Below are positions 27,187-36,539 of a stretch of DNA of 64,000 nucleotides, piece by piece. The stretch comes from Gemmatimonadota bacterium (GTDB taxonomy: Bacteria > Gemmatimonadota > Gemmatimonadetes > Gemmatimonadales > GWC2-71-9). The stretch's first letter is position 1; each line of letters starts with the position of its first letter. The stretch covers positions 16,545 through 80,544 of the forward strand of contig JBGPDL010000002.1 in NCBI GenBank assembly GCA_041482275.1. Reading direction: 5' to 3'. The translations under genes and the position numbers were made by a program. A model generated the notes under the pieces. The model worked only from the letters and a program-made list of their open reading frames with translations, was not told the DNA's origin and did no database searches.

Positions 27187-27678
27187 TCATTTCTTCCCCC
27201 ACATCCACGTGGCCCACATCGCCCGCAGCGCGATTCTGGGAGGGAGGCGCATCGCGTTTTGCTTGAGCGCGAGCAGAATCTGCCCGCGGTGGTGGGCGTC
27301 GTGCGCGATGAGGTAATCCATCCAGCGTATGGGGCTCCCGTTGAAGGCCTTGACCCTGGTCCCCGCGGCCAGGGTCGTCTCGATCAGAGCCTCGACCGCG
27401 TTGCCAGATGCGAGGAAGGCGGACCTGAGTCCCGGCCGCGTGAGCGCGGGGCGCTTGGGCAAGCGGTAGAAGTATCCCCGCGCGCGTCCCGCGTTGTACG
27501 CGAGCCAGCCAAGCCGCACCCGATGCAGGTGGGCAAACTGCTCGGCCACCGTCCGTCCCTTGGAGCCGAGTGGCATCGCTTGGAGTCCCTTCGGGGAGAT
27601 CGCCCCGAGGAGCGCGAGCGTGATGCGGTTGTTCACGCGCCACGTCTTGAGGATTTGCGCGACGAGCCGATCGTTCAT
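27187..27678 (-). CDS. DinB-family protein
   Basis: ORF 27187..27708, ATG 27678 preferred (MNDRLVAQILKTWRVNNRITL). Conserved His positions (FAHLH, AHDAHHRGQ). Confidence 0.75.
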   Translation of the reverse strand: MNDRLVAQILKTWRVNNRITLALLGAISPKGLQAMPLGSKGRTVAEQFAHLHRVRLGWLAYNAGRARGYFYRLPKRPALTRPGLRSAFLASGNAVEALIETTLAAGTRVKAFNGSPIRWMDYLIAHDAHHRGQILLALKQNAMRLPPRIALRAMWATWMWGKK

Positions 27679-27691
27679 AGCGCCGACTAAT

Positions 27692-28165
27692 ATGCGGCTC
27701 GGCATCATTTCCGATACTCACGGGCTGCTCCGCCCCGAGGTGTTCGACGCCTTCCGGCAGGTGGATCACATCCTGCATGCCGGGGACGTGGGCGAGCGGG
27801 AGATCCTGATTGACCTCGAGGCCCTCGCCCCTGTGACCGCGGTGTACGGGAACGCGGACGGGCCTGAGCTGCGAGCGCGCTTGGCGCAGGTGGCCGAGGT
27901 CGAGCTCGACGGCTTCGCGGTCGTGGTGACCCATGGCGATCAGTTCGGACATCCGACTCCCGAGAAGCTGCACGCGGCGTATCCCAGGGCGGAGATCATC
28001 GTTTACGGGCACACGCACAAGCCGCTGCTCGAGCTGGTGGACCGGACGGTGACGGTCATGAATCCGGGGGGCGCGGGGCATCCGCGCTTCGGGATTCCGC
28101 CGAGCGTGGGCATCCTGGAGCTCGAGGCGGGGATCCCGCCGCGGGGGAGGGTGGTGGAGCTATGA
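27692..28165 (+). CDS. MJ0936/YfcE-family metallophosphoesterase
   Basis: Last 157 aa of ORF 27494..28165, from ATG 27692 (MRLGIISDTHG...HAGD...VYGNAD...THGD...GHTH). Confidence 0.85.
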   Translation: MRLGIISDTHGLLRPEVFDAFRQVDHILHAGDVGEREILIDLEALAPVTAVYGNADGPELRARLAQVAEVELDGFAVVVTHGDQFGHPTPEKLHAAYPRAEIIVYGHTHKPLLELVDRTVTVMNPGGAGHPRFGIPPSVGILELEAGIPPRGRVVEL

Positions 28166-28170
28166 ACGAG

Positions 28171-29022
28171 CTAGAACCCGCTGAGCGCGTTCAACCGCTC
28201 ATGTGCCTCCGGGCGCAGCCCCGCCCGCACGGCGGTGCGGGCGCGGTCCCACAGCGCTGCGAGCCACGCGGCCTCGTCGTCGCGCACGCGGCGGGCGGCG
28301 CCGTGGCGCGTGCGCCAGGCCGCAACCGTGTCGGCATAGGCGGCGAGAACCCGGTGTAGCGCTTCGGCATCTGGCGCGTCGCTGTCGAGCGCGCGCGCGA
28401 GCGCCGCCTCCCAAAACGTCTCCCCTCCGTCCACGAGCGAGAGCGCCTTGGCACAGGCGTCCGGCCCGCTGCGGGGCTCGAATCCCGCGCGGAGGTACGG
28501 CAACGCCCAGTTGAGTGGTGCGAACGCACCGGCCGGGTTGTCGACCCAGACCCAGGCGTGCAGTACCGCCACGCGCTCCTCCCGCGCGCCCGCCAGGGCG
28601 TCTTCGTGGCCCAGCTTCAAGCTCTCCTCTTCCACGCCCCCCGCGTGCGAGTGCCATCCGGCTCGACCGGCAGGGAAGTCCGGAGGCGACTCAGCGGCCG
28701 CGAGGGGCAGTGCGTACGCGACGCCCACCAGCGTGGGCCGCCCTTGAATCGGGGCGTACTCGAGAACCGGGGGATGGTCGGCCTCGAGCCGGGCGGCAAC
28801 GAGTCGGCCCGGATGGACCCAGTGCTGTCCCATCGCCGGCGCTTCCACGCCGATGGCGTGGTATCCATCCGCGATCGCGGCGGACCGGTCGCGGTAGCGC
28901 TCCGTGCCGGCCCGGGCGCGGGCGAGGAATGCCGCCGCACCGGAGTCCGTCTGCACTGCGGGCGCGCCGCGCGCCGCGCCGGGCAAGAGCCAGAGCGCGA
29001 GCCACGCGAGCCGCGATGTCAC
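28171..29022 (-). CDS. Secreted hypothetical protein (third gene of an envelope operon)
   Basis: ORF 28171..29022. Signal peptide MTSRLAWLALWLLPGAARGAPA. The GTG start overlaps the upstream stop (GTGA). Confidence 0.5.
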   Translation of the reverse strand: MTSRLAWLALWLLPGAARGAPAVQTDSGAAAFLARARAGTERYRDRSAAIADGYHAIGVEAPAMGQHWVHPGRLVAARLEADHPPVLEYAPIQGRPTLVGVAYALPLAAAESPPDFPAGRAGWHSHAGGVEEESLKLGHEDALAGAREERVAVLHAWVWVDNPAGAFAPLNWALPYLRAGFEPRSGPDACAKALSLVDGGETFWEAALARALDSDAPDAEALHRVLAAYADTVAAWRTRHGAARRVRDDEAAWLAALWDRARTAVRAGLRPEAHERLNALSGF

Positions 29023-29420
29023 GGCTCGAGAACGCGGAGCGAGTCTTGGTGATACGCGGCGAGCAGGGCGCGCACCCGCTCGGCGGATACGCCTTGCGGG
29101 AAGCGGCTGATCAGGCGCAACCGTTCCCGCGTCGCCGCGTGGGGCGCCTCGCCCTTGGAGATCTCCTCGGACACCTGGCCGAAGGTCGCTCCGCGAATCG
29201 CGCGGTAGGGCGCGAACACGAGTCCTGAATCGCTCGCGAGCAACAGCCCGGTGTCGCTTACGGACAGGAGCTCCGCGTCGAGTCTGGCGCCGCGGCTCTC
29301 CACGCTGACGGGCACACCGCCGGCGTGCGTGGCGGGGGCGAACGAGCCGACGCCCGTTCCCAGGTGGCAGCCGGCCAGCGCGAGGCCGCCGAGCAGCGCG
29401 ACACCGCGAATTACGGTCAC
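29019..29420 (-). CDS. Small lipoprotein, function unknown (second gene of the envelope operon)
   Basis: C-terminal 133 aa of ORF 29019..29894, from GTG 29420 (VTVIRGVALLGGLALAGC lipobox). The start overlaps the upstream stop (GTGA). Confidence 0.5.
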   Translation of the reverse strand: MTVIRGVALLGGLALAGCHLGTGVGSFAPATHAGGVPVSVESRGARLDAELLSVSDTGLLLASDSGLVFAPYRAIRGATFGQVSEEISKGEAPHAATRERLRLISRFPQGVSAERVRALLAAYHQDSLRVLEP

Positions 29421-30973
29421 CGCACGGGCACCCGGCTCGCGGCGAAGCGCCGCTCGTAGCCGGCCCGCTCGGCCTGCCAGCGGTGCAGCGCTTCGACCAG
29501 AGCGTCGTCCGAGGGCTCGAACGTGGCCGTGCGGTGAGCGCCCCGCACCCAGGACGCCCGCAGCCACTCGACGTAGTATCCCTCCGACACGAGGAGGAAT
29601 GTTTGCTCCGAATCGGCGCGGGCGGGCCCCGCGGCGAACCGGACCTCGAACCGCTGGCCGGGCGAGGTCACGAGATAGCGCTCGTCGGGAGCCCGCAGGC
29701 TCGCCCGGGCGGCCGTGTCGGGCAGGCCGTCTGCGCTCCGGACCTCGAGCGGCTCGAGCGCGGCGGCCGGCGGGCGACGCGCGCCGAGCGCCAGCTGGAT
29801 CCGGTCGATGCGCCAGTCGTCCGCCACGAACCCCAACCGGATGCGCAGGCTGTCGCCCGGAGGCACGGGGACGAGCACCGCGACGTCCTTCCACGCCACC
29901 GGGCCCGTGTCAGGGACGCGCGCGACTTCACGCCACGCCGTGCCGTCCCACACCGCTACGCGCAAGCCCATGCGCCCGGCGTACCAGCGCCCGAGGCGCG
30001 CCGCCGGGCCGATCTCCTGGAGCTCCCGTCCCATCCAGTCGAGGCTGCGCGCTCCGGGGTCGCGTAGCATCAGCTCGTAGAGCAGCACGGTGTTGAGGAG
30101 GCTGTTGCGCATTCGGAATGCCAGGGCGACCGTGTCGCTGCGGGCGGGAGCGGGGAAGCTGAGGGTGATGAAGTCGTTCAGGTCGGCGGCGGTCGCGCGC
30201 TCGGTGACGCCCGAATCCGTGCTGAACGCTGCGCCGTCGGCTGCGAGCAGCTCGGCCCGGACGTCGCGGCCCGCGCGGTCGCGTGCCGTCGCGGGCGCGG
30301 TCAGCCCGCGCAGCGCGAGTGCGTGGCCGCCGGCATCCGGGACCACCAGCTCGTCCGCCGTGTGCCGCACGGCGAGCAATCCGAGCTGGTTAATGTAGTG
30401 CGTCTCCAGCGCCTCGTTGCGGACCTCGAGCCGCACGTCTCCGGTGGCGCCCGCCTGCGTCCTCAGCCGGTCCACGTCGCGGGCCTCGAAGGCCGGCGCA
30501 ATGCTGTAGGAGAACCCCTCCGCTTCGAGCACCGGCTCGCCGGCGCTGTCGGCGTAGACGGTGGGGCAGGAGCCGAAGATCGCGACGGCGAGCGCCGCAG
30601 CCCCCAGGGCCGTGCCGGCGACCGCGAGCACGGTGAGCAGAGCGGACGCCGGGCCGTTGACGGCATTCCGGAAGGTCTCCATGCCGACGACGCTGTCGAG
30701 CGGGAGCGCGTCGGCGGGCGCCGAGTCGGCGAGCGTCAAGCCATAGCGGTACGCCGCACGCGCGCGGGCGCTGCGGATCGTGTCGCGCGCGATGACCACG
30801 CCTGCGCGGTACACCACGGTCGAGCCGTCGAGCAGGTGGGCCTTGACCGACGACGCCACCGCGACGGAGTCACCGGCGCTCGGCCGCGGCAATTCCGACA
30901 CCGCGGGCGTCTTGTAGACGGTGCAGGCGGCGATCAGCGCGAGCGGTACGGCACGAGCCGGAAGACGCGACAT
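29417..30973 (-). CDS. Large lipoprotein / membrane-associated hypothetical protein (first gene of the envelope operon)
   Basis: ORF 29417..30973. Lipobox LALIAAC, an internal hydrophobic helix (ALLTVLAVAGTALGAAALAVAIFG) followed by SCPTVY. No family recognised. Confidence 0.55.
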   Translation of the reverse strand: MSRLPARAVPLALIAACTVYKTPAVSELPRPSAGDSVAVASSVKAHLLDGSTVVYRAGVVIARDTIRSARARAAYRYGLTLADSAPADALPLDSVVGMETFRNAVNGPASALLTVLAVAGTALGAAALAVAIFGSCPTVYADSAGEPVLEAEGFSYSIAPAFEARDVDRLRTQAGATGDVRLEVRNEALETHYINQLGLLAVRHTADELVVPDAGGHALALRGLTAPATARDRAGRDVRAELLAADGAAFSTDSGVTERATAADLNDFITLSFPAPARSDTVALAFRMRNSLLNTVLLYELMLRDPGARSLDWMGRELQEIGPAARLGRWYAGRMGLRVAVWDGTAWREVARVPDTGPVAWKDVAVLVPVPPGDSLRIRLGFVADDWRIDRIQLALGARRPPAAALEPLEVRSADGLPDTAARASLRAPDERYLVTSPGQRFEVRFAAGPARADSEQTFLLVSEGYYVEWLRASWVRGAHRTATFEPSDDALVEALHRWQAERAGYERRFAASRVPVR

Positions 30974-31047
30974 CGAGGTGCTCCCTGAAATTCGCTCCCC
31001 AACTCTTACTGCACCCCAATCAAGGCCGCGTCAAGTCCGTGGCTGTC

Positions 31048-31875
31048 TTAGCGCTGGCAGTTCGGGCAGAACGTCGTCGCGCGGAGATCGATCGTGTGGG
31101 TGGTCACGAGCTTCTTGCCGCACGTGATGCAGCGCTCGCCCCCGCGCCCGTACACCTTGAGCTCGAACTGGAACCGGCCCGCCTCGCCCGTTCCGGTGCG
31201 GTAGTCCCGTACTGTCGTGCCGGATGAGCGCACCGCGCGCTTGAGCACGTCGGTCACCGCGGCGTGCAACCGCGCGAACTCGTCGAGCGACAACTTGCTC
31301 GTGGGCTTCGAGGGGTCGATGCCCGCCTGGAACAGCGCCTCGTTCGCGTAGATGTTGCCGACCCCCGCCAGGCGCCGCTGATCCATGATCGCCTTCTTGA
31401 TGGCGGTGCGCGTGCCCGCGAGCCGCTCGGCGAACACGAACGGGGTGAAGGTGTCGTCCAGCGGCTCGGGGCCGATGCGACTGGTGTAGGCCGCCCAGGC
31501 CCGCTCGTCGAGCAGCCAGACGGTGCCGAGGCGGCGCACGTCGCGGTACACGAACAGCCGGCCGTCTTCCAGGGTGCAGGTGAGGACGGCGTACTTCGCT
31601 TCGTCCTTGGTGAGGGGACGCTCATACACCACGAGCGAGCCGGTCATGCGGGGCTGCACCACCAGTCGGTGGCCGCTCGCGAGCCGGAACACCGCGTGCT
31701 TGGCGCGCCGGCTCACTTCCTCGACGGCGTTGCCGCGCAGTGTGCGGAGCAGGCGTGGCTTGGAGACCCGGCGCAGCACGTCGGTCTTCGCCAGGCGGGC
31801 GCGCGCGATCTTGAACCCCTCCAGCCGCGGCGCTAGCTCCCGGACGATCGTCTCAACCTCGGGCAGCTCCGGCAC
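31048..31875 (-). CDS. mutM: Formamidopyrimidine-DNA glycosylase
   Basis: ORF 31048..31875. (M)PELPEVETI N-terminus and C-terminal zinc finger CxxC...CPNCQ. Confidence 0.92.
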   Translation of the reverse strand: MPELPEVETIVRELAPRLEGFKIARARLAKTDVLRRVSKPRLLRTLRGNAVEEVSRRAKHAVFRLASGHRLVVQPRMTGSLVVYERPLTKDEAKYAVLTCTLEDGRLFVYRDVRRLGTVWLLDERAWAAYTSRIGPEPLDDTFTPFVFAERLAGTRTAIKKAIMDQRRLAGVGNIYANEALFQAGIDPSKPTSKLSLDEFARLHAAVTDVLKRAVRSSGTTVRDYRTGTGEAGRFQFELKVYGRGGERCITCGKKLVTTHTIDLRATTFCPNCQR

Positions 31876-33148
31876 GCCCCTCCCTGATCTCCCGCCAGCC
31901 GATGTCCCGTCGGTACGTCTTCCCCTGAAACGTGATCAGCTCACACGCGTCGCTGCTGCGCTTCGCCGCTTCGCCCACGGTTTCGCCCAGCCCGGTGATG
32001 GTGAGCACCCGCCCGCTGTGCACCCGCAGCGTACCGTCCGGGTCGCGCTGAGTTCCAGCGTGGAACACCAGCGTCCCGGGCTCGAGATCGCGCGGCACGA
32101 CGATGTCCGCGCCCAGCTGCGGGTTGTCGGGATAGCCCGGTGCGGCGAGCACGGTCGCCACTGCGGCGCGCGTCGCCGTGAGGGCCCGCTCGCGGGGCGC
32201 CCACCTGCCCGCCGCGATGTCGGCTAGGTGGCGCGTCACGCCGGGCAGCACGGGCAGGAGCGCCTGCGTCTCGGGATCGCCCAGGCGGCAATTGAACTCG
32301 AGTACGTAGAGCGTGCCGTCGGCGGCGAGCATCAGTCCGGCGTAGAGCACTCCCTGGAACGGGGTGCCCTGCGCCGCCAGCTCGCTGATCGCCGGCTCGA
32401 GCACCTCGCGCCGCACACGCTCGAGCATCCCGGGCGTCGCGACGCTGACGGGGCAGTACGCGCCCATGCCGCCGGTGTTGGGTCCGGTGTCGCCCTCGCC
32501 CAGTCGTTTGTGGTCCCGCGCGGCTGGGAGGAGCAGCAGGCGCTCGCCGTCGGTGAGTGCCAGCACCGAGAGCTCTTCGCCCTTGAGGAAGTCCTCGATC
32601 ACGATCTCGCGGCCGGCGTCGCCGAACGCGTCATCGGCGAGCATGGCGCGCGCCGCGCGCGCGGCCTCGGTGCGCCGGGCGCACACCACGGCTCCCTTGC
32701 CGGCCGCTAGGCCCGAGGCCTTCACCACCAGTGGCTCGGCGTGCCGGTTGACGAAGGCAAGGGCGGGCTCGAGCGCCGTGAAGGTCCGGCTCGCGGCCGT
32801 CGGGATCCCGACCCGCCGCATCAGGTCTTTGGCGAATGCCTTGGACGACTCAATGCGGGCCGCTCCGGCGCTGGGCCCGAACACGGGATGGCCCGCGGCG
32901 CGCAACGTATCGCTGAGCCCGGTGGCGAGCGGCATTTCGGGGCCGACGACGGTGAAATCGATGTTGTGCTGGCGCACGGCCGCGACGAGCTCGTTCGCCG
33001 AGCTGGCGGGAATCGCGAGATTGGTGCCGAGCTGTGCCGTGCCCGGGTTTCCGGGTGCAGCAAAGAGGGCCGCGTCGGGGGTGTCGCGCTTGAGCGCCCA
33101 GCAGAGCGCGTGCTCGCGGCCGCCCCCTCCGACGACCAGGATTCTCAC
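31853..33148 (-). CDS. purD: Phosphoribosylamine--glycine ligase
   Basis: C-terminal 431 aa of ORF 31853..34075, from GTG 33148 (VRILVVGGGGREHALCWAL). The start overlaps the M48 gene stop (GTGA). Confidence 0.92.
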   Translation of the reverse strand: MRILVVGGGGREHALCWALKRDTPDAALFAAPGNPGTAQLGTNLAIPASSANELVAAVRQHNIDFTVVGPEMPLATGLSDTLRAAGHPVFGPSAGAARIESSKAFAKDLMRRVGIPTAASRTFTALEPALAFVNRHAEPLVVKASGLAAGKGAVVCARRTEAARAARAMLADDAFGDAGREIVIEDFLKGEELSVLALTDGERLLLLPAARDHKRLGEGDTGPNTGGMGAYCPVSVATPGMLERVRREVLEPAISELAAQGTPFQGVLYAGLMLAADGTLYVLEFNCRLGDPETQALLPVLPGVTRHLADIAAGRWAPRERALTATRAAVATVLAAPGYPDNPQLGADIVVPRDLEPGTLVFHAGTQRDPDGTLRVHSGRVLTITGLGETVGEAAKRSSDACELITFQGKTYRRDIGWREIREGRAGAARG

Positions 33149-34140
33149 TTCTTCTTGAAAGCGTCCGCGAAGGCCTGGGCGGCCCGTTTGGCGCCGCCCA
33201 CCACGTCGTCCACCACCGCCTTCGCTTCCTTCATGTAGTGCTCGCGCGCCTCGTCGACGTCCTTGTCGATGGGGCGCTGCTCCGCTTCCGGTCCGCGGCG
33301 GGTGTATTCGCCCCGCAGCACGCGGTCGTAGTGTCCCTCTTCGATCCAGCGCTGCAGCTCGGCGGCGCGCAGCGTGTTGAACGGGTGCGATTGGGGAAGC
33401 GTGTTGAGGATCTTGAACACGCGGTCGAGCGCGCCACTCGACTCCTCGTACTCCTTGGCCTGCTGGAGGAAGGCGTTCAAGTCCATCTGCTTCATGTCGC
33501 CCCCGCCCGCCATCTTGAGAAACATGCGCATCGAGGCGGCCGCGTCCTGGGCTGCGAGCAGGCCCGCGCGATCGGACGAGAGCTCGCTCTTGCGATACCA
33601 CTCGAGCAGCGCGAACTGGATGGGTGCCAGCACGATGCCTGCCAGGAAGGGCAGAAAGTTCATCCCCACGAACACGATCAGCACCAGAATCGTGTGGTAC
33701 AATGCGTGGCCGCTCATCACGTGCCCCAACTCGTGTCCCAGCAGGACGCGCATCTCGTCGTCGTCGAGCAGGTTCAGCGCGCCCGAGTTGATGACGATGA
33801 ACGGGCGTTCCATGCCGTAGGCGCCGGCGTTCACGAACGGTGTCTGCGACACGAACAGTTCGGGCCGCTCGGGCCAATCGAGCGAGGTGAGCACGTCGGC
33901 GTAGAGCGCGTTCATCCGGGGGAATTGCGTCGGTCCCACGCGCACGGCGTTGGCCTGGAACAGCAGGCGGATGCCGCGCTCGCCGAAGAAGCCGACGATC
34001 TTCTTCACGACCTGATCGAAACCGGGGACGGACCGAAGCGTCTGCAGCGCGGCGCGGTCGGCGGGGTGCTCCCACGTGACCGGCGCGATCTGCGTGAGGA
34101 TCTTGCGCGGGCGCGCCGCCGGCAGGGTGGACTCTGTCAT
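33145..34140 (-). CDS. M48-family zinc metallopeptidase (membrane)
   Basis: ORF 33145..34140. HELGHVMSGH (HExxH) followed by TM helices. Confidence 0.85.
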   Translation of the reverse strand: MTESTLPAARPRKILTQIAPVTWEHPADRAALQTLRSVPGFDQVVKKIVGFFGERGIRLLFQANAVRVGPTQFPRMNALYADVLTSLDWPERPELFVSQTPFVNAGAYGMERPFIVINSGALNLLDDDEMRVLLGHELGHVMSGHALYHTILVLIVFVGMNFLPFLAGIVLAPIQFALLEWYRKSELSSDRAGLLAAQDAAASMRMFLKMAGGGDMKQMDLNAFLQQAKEYEESSGALDRVFKILNTLPQSHPFNTLRAAELQRWIEEGHYDRVLRGEYTRRGPEAEQRPIDKDVDEAREHYMKEAKAVVDDVVGGAKRAAQAFADAFKKK

Positions 34141-34198
34141 GTCAGGCTCCTGTACAAAGATGGGCTGTCACTACGCCGCGCCTGGCCGCGTGTTTCGC

Positions 34199-35371
34199 TC
34201 ATCCCGCCCCGGCCAGCGCCTGCTCCAAGTCCCCAATCAGGTCCTCCACTTCCTCGATTCCCACCGACAGCCGCACCAGGCTGTCCGTGAGCCCCATCGC
34301 CCGCCGCATGTCGGGCGGCACGCTGGCGTGCGTCATCGAGGCCGGATGACCGATGAGACTCTCCACGCCGCCGAGCGATTCGGCGAGAGCGAAGATCCGG
34401 GTGCCCTCGGCGAACCGCCTCGCCCGATCCACCGAGCCCAGCTCGACCGAGATCATGCCGCCGAACCCCTTCATCTGGCGGCACGCGAGCTCGTGCTGCG
34501 GGTGGGACGGCAGGCCCGGATAGTAGACCTGCTCGACCTTGGGATGCCGCGTGAGCCATTCGGCGATGCGGCGGCCGTTGGCGTCGTGCTGCCGCATCCG
34601 CAGCGCCAGCGTCTTGGTGCCACGCACCGCCAGCCAGCAGTCGAACGGCCCGGGCACCGCGCCGACGGCGTTCTGCAGGAAGCTGAGGCGCTCGGCGAGA
34701 TCGTCCCGGTTGACCACGAGCATCCCGCCGACCATGTCGCTGTGCCCGTTCAGGTACTTGGTGGTCGAGTGCAGCACGATGTCCGCGCCCAGCTCGAGCG
34801 GCCGCTGAAAGCAGGGCGTGGCGAACGTGTTGTCCACGACGAACAGGGCGCCGGCGCGACGCGCGATCTCGCCGGCGGCGGCCAGGTCGCACAGCCGCAT
34901 CATCGGGTTCGTGGGCGTCTCGGCGTAGATCATCTTGGTCCGAGGCGTCACGGCAGCCGCGATGTTGGCCGTCACGCCCGCGTCCACGAACGCGAACGTC
35001 ACCCCGAGCGGGGCCCAAATGTGCGTCATCTGGCGGTGCGTGCCGCCGTACACGTTCTCGCCGCTCACGACGTGGTCGCTCGCCGCCAGCAGCTTCAGCA
35101 CGGCGTCGAGCGCAGCGAGTCCCGAAGCGAAGGCCAACCCGTGACGCCCGCCCTCGAGCGCCGCCACGTTCCGCTCCAGCACATCCCGCGTGGGATTGCG
35201 GGTGCGTGCGTACTCGTACCCTTTATGTCGACCCAGGCCTTCCTGGATGTAGGTCGAAGTCTGATAGATGGGCGTCATCACGGCGCCCGCGAGCGGATCG
35301 GGAATGTGGCCCGCGTGCACCGCGCGGGTTCCGAAGCGCGTCTTCAGGTCGTCACCCGATACCTGCGTCAT
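34199..35371 (-). CDS. Cys/Met-metabolism PLP enzyme (cystathionine gamma-synthase / beta-lyase family)
   Basis: ORF 34199..35371. TRAVHAG...PIYQTSTY...YARTRNPT...HSTTKYLNGHSD (PLP-Lys). Confidence 0.88.
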   Translation of the reverse strand: MTQVSGDDLKTRFGTRAVHAGHIPDPLAGAVMTPIYQTSTYIQEGLGRHKGYEYARTRNPTRDVLERNVAALEGGRHGLAFASGLAALDAVLKLLAASDHVVSGENVYGGTHRQMTHIWAPLGVTFAFVDAGVTANIAAAVTPRTKMIYAETPTNPMMRLCDLAAAGEIARRAGALFVVDNTFATPCFQRPLELGADIVLHSTTKYLNGHSDMVGGMLVVNRDDLAERLSFLQNAVGAVPGPFDCWLAVRGTKTLALRMRQHDANGRRIAEWLTRHPKVEQVYYPGLPSHPQHELACRQMKGFGGMISVELGSVDRARRFAEGTRIFALAESLGGVESLIGHPASMTHASVPPDMRRAMGLTDSLVRLSVGIEEVEDLIGDLEQALAGAG

Positions 35372-35429
35372 GGCCGGAACGTAAGGGCGCCTTCCGTGCC
35401 GAGCAAGCGACCTTTACGTTACGCTCACG

Positions 35430-36530
35430 ATGCCAGAGCCGAACGCCGTCAAGTGCCTGGTGGTGGACGACGAGCCACGGCTCCGGCGAGTCCTCGTGCG
35501 GCTGCTCGAAGGCGAGGGCTTCACCTGTGGGGAAGCGGGGTCGGGCACCGAAGCGTTGGAGATGCTGCAGCACGATCCGGTGCCGCTCGTGATCTCTGAT
35601 CTGCGAATGCCGCAGATGGACGGGGTCACGCTGCTGCGCGAGATCGTCGCCCGTTGGCCCGACACGGCCGTCATCGTCGTGACGGCCGTGGCCGAGGTGG
35701 AAAGCGCCGTGGCGTGCCTGCAGCTCGGTGCACTCGACTACGTCGCCAAGCCGTTTCACCTGGACGAGGTGCGCGCCCGCGTGATGCAAGCGCTCGACAA
35801 GCGCCGTCTGAAGATGGAGGTCGAGGACTACCGGCACACGCTGGAGCAGCGCGTGCAGCACCAGGCGCGCCGCATCGAAGAGCTGTCGCTCGAGCGCCTC
35901 CAGGCCCTGGTGTACTTCCTCGAAGAAAAGGATCCCTACACGCGCGGCCATTCGCAGCGTGTTGCCGATTACTCGGCTCGCATCGGCCGCATGATGGGGT
36001 TGCCCGAGCCGGGGATGGACCTCATCGCCCTCGGCGCCGAGTTGCACGACATCGGCAAGATCGGTGTGAGCGAGGCCGTCCTCCACAAGGCGGGCAAGCT
36101 CACCGAAGCCGAGTACCGGCACATCATGGAGCACCCCGTGATCGGGGCTCGCATCCTGGCGCCGTTGATGCGCGACGTGCCTCCCGCCCTCGCCATCGTC
36201 CGATCGCACCACGAGCGCCTCGACGGCAAGGGGTTCCCCGACGGACTGCGGGGCGACGAGATCCCGCTCGAGGTACGGGTCGTCACCGTCGCCGACTCGT
36301 TCGACGCCATGACCAGCGTCCGCCCGTACCGGCCCGCGCTGTCGGTGCCGAAGGCGCTGCAGGAGCTCGAGGAAGGCAAGGACTCCCAGTTCCATTCCCC
36401 GGCGGTGGACGCCTTCCTCGCCGCCTTTCCCGACAAGACTGCGCTCCCGGTCTCGACCCCCGAGGTCCGACCCCTCCATCTGCCTGGCCCATCCATCGAG
36501 GCGCTCCGCCGCTCATCGGCACCGAATTAG
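35430..36530 (+). CDS. Response regulator with HD-GYP c-di-GMP phosphodiesterase domain
   Basis: ORF 35430..36530. REC (LVVDDEP...VISDLRMPQMDG...KPF), then HD (LHDIGK) and HHERLDGKGFPDGL. Confidence 0.88.
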   Translation: MPEPNAVKCLVVDDEPRLRRVLVRLLEGEGFTCGEAGSGTEALEMLQHDPVPLVISDLRMPQMDGVTLLREIVARWPDTAVIVVTAVAEVESAVACLQLGALDYVAKPFHLDEVRARVMQALDKRRLKMEVEDYRHTLEQRVQHQARRIEELSLERLQALVYFLEEKDPYTRGHSQRVADYSARIGRMMGLPEPGMDLIALGAELHDIGKIGVSEAVLHKAGKLTEAEYRHIMEHPVIGARILAPLMRDVPPALAIVRSHHERLDGKGFPDGLRGDEIPLEVRVVTVADSFDAMTSVRPYRPALSVPKALQELEEGKDSQFHSPAVDAFLAAFPDKTALPVSTPEVRPLHLPGPSIEALRRSSAPN

Positions 36531-36539
36531 ATTGTCCGC

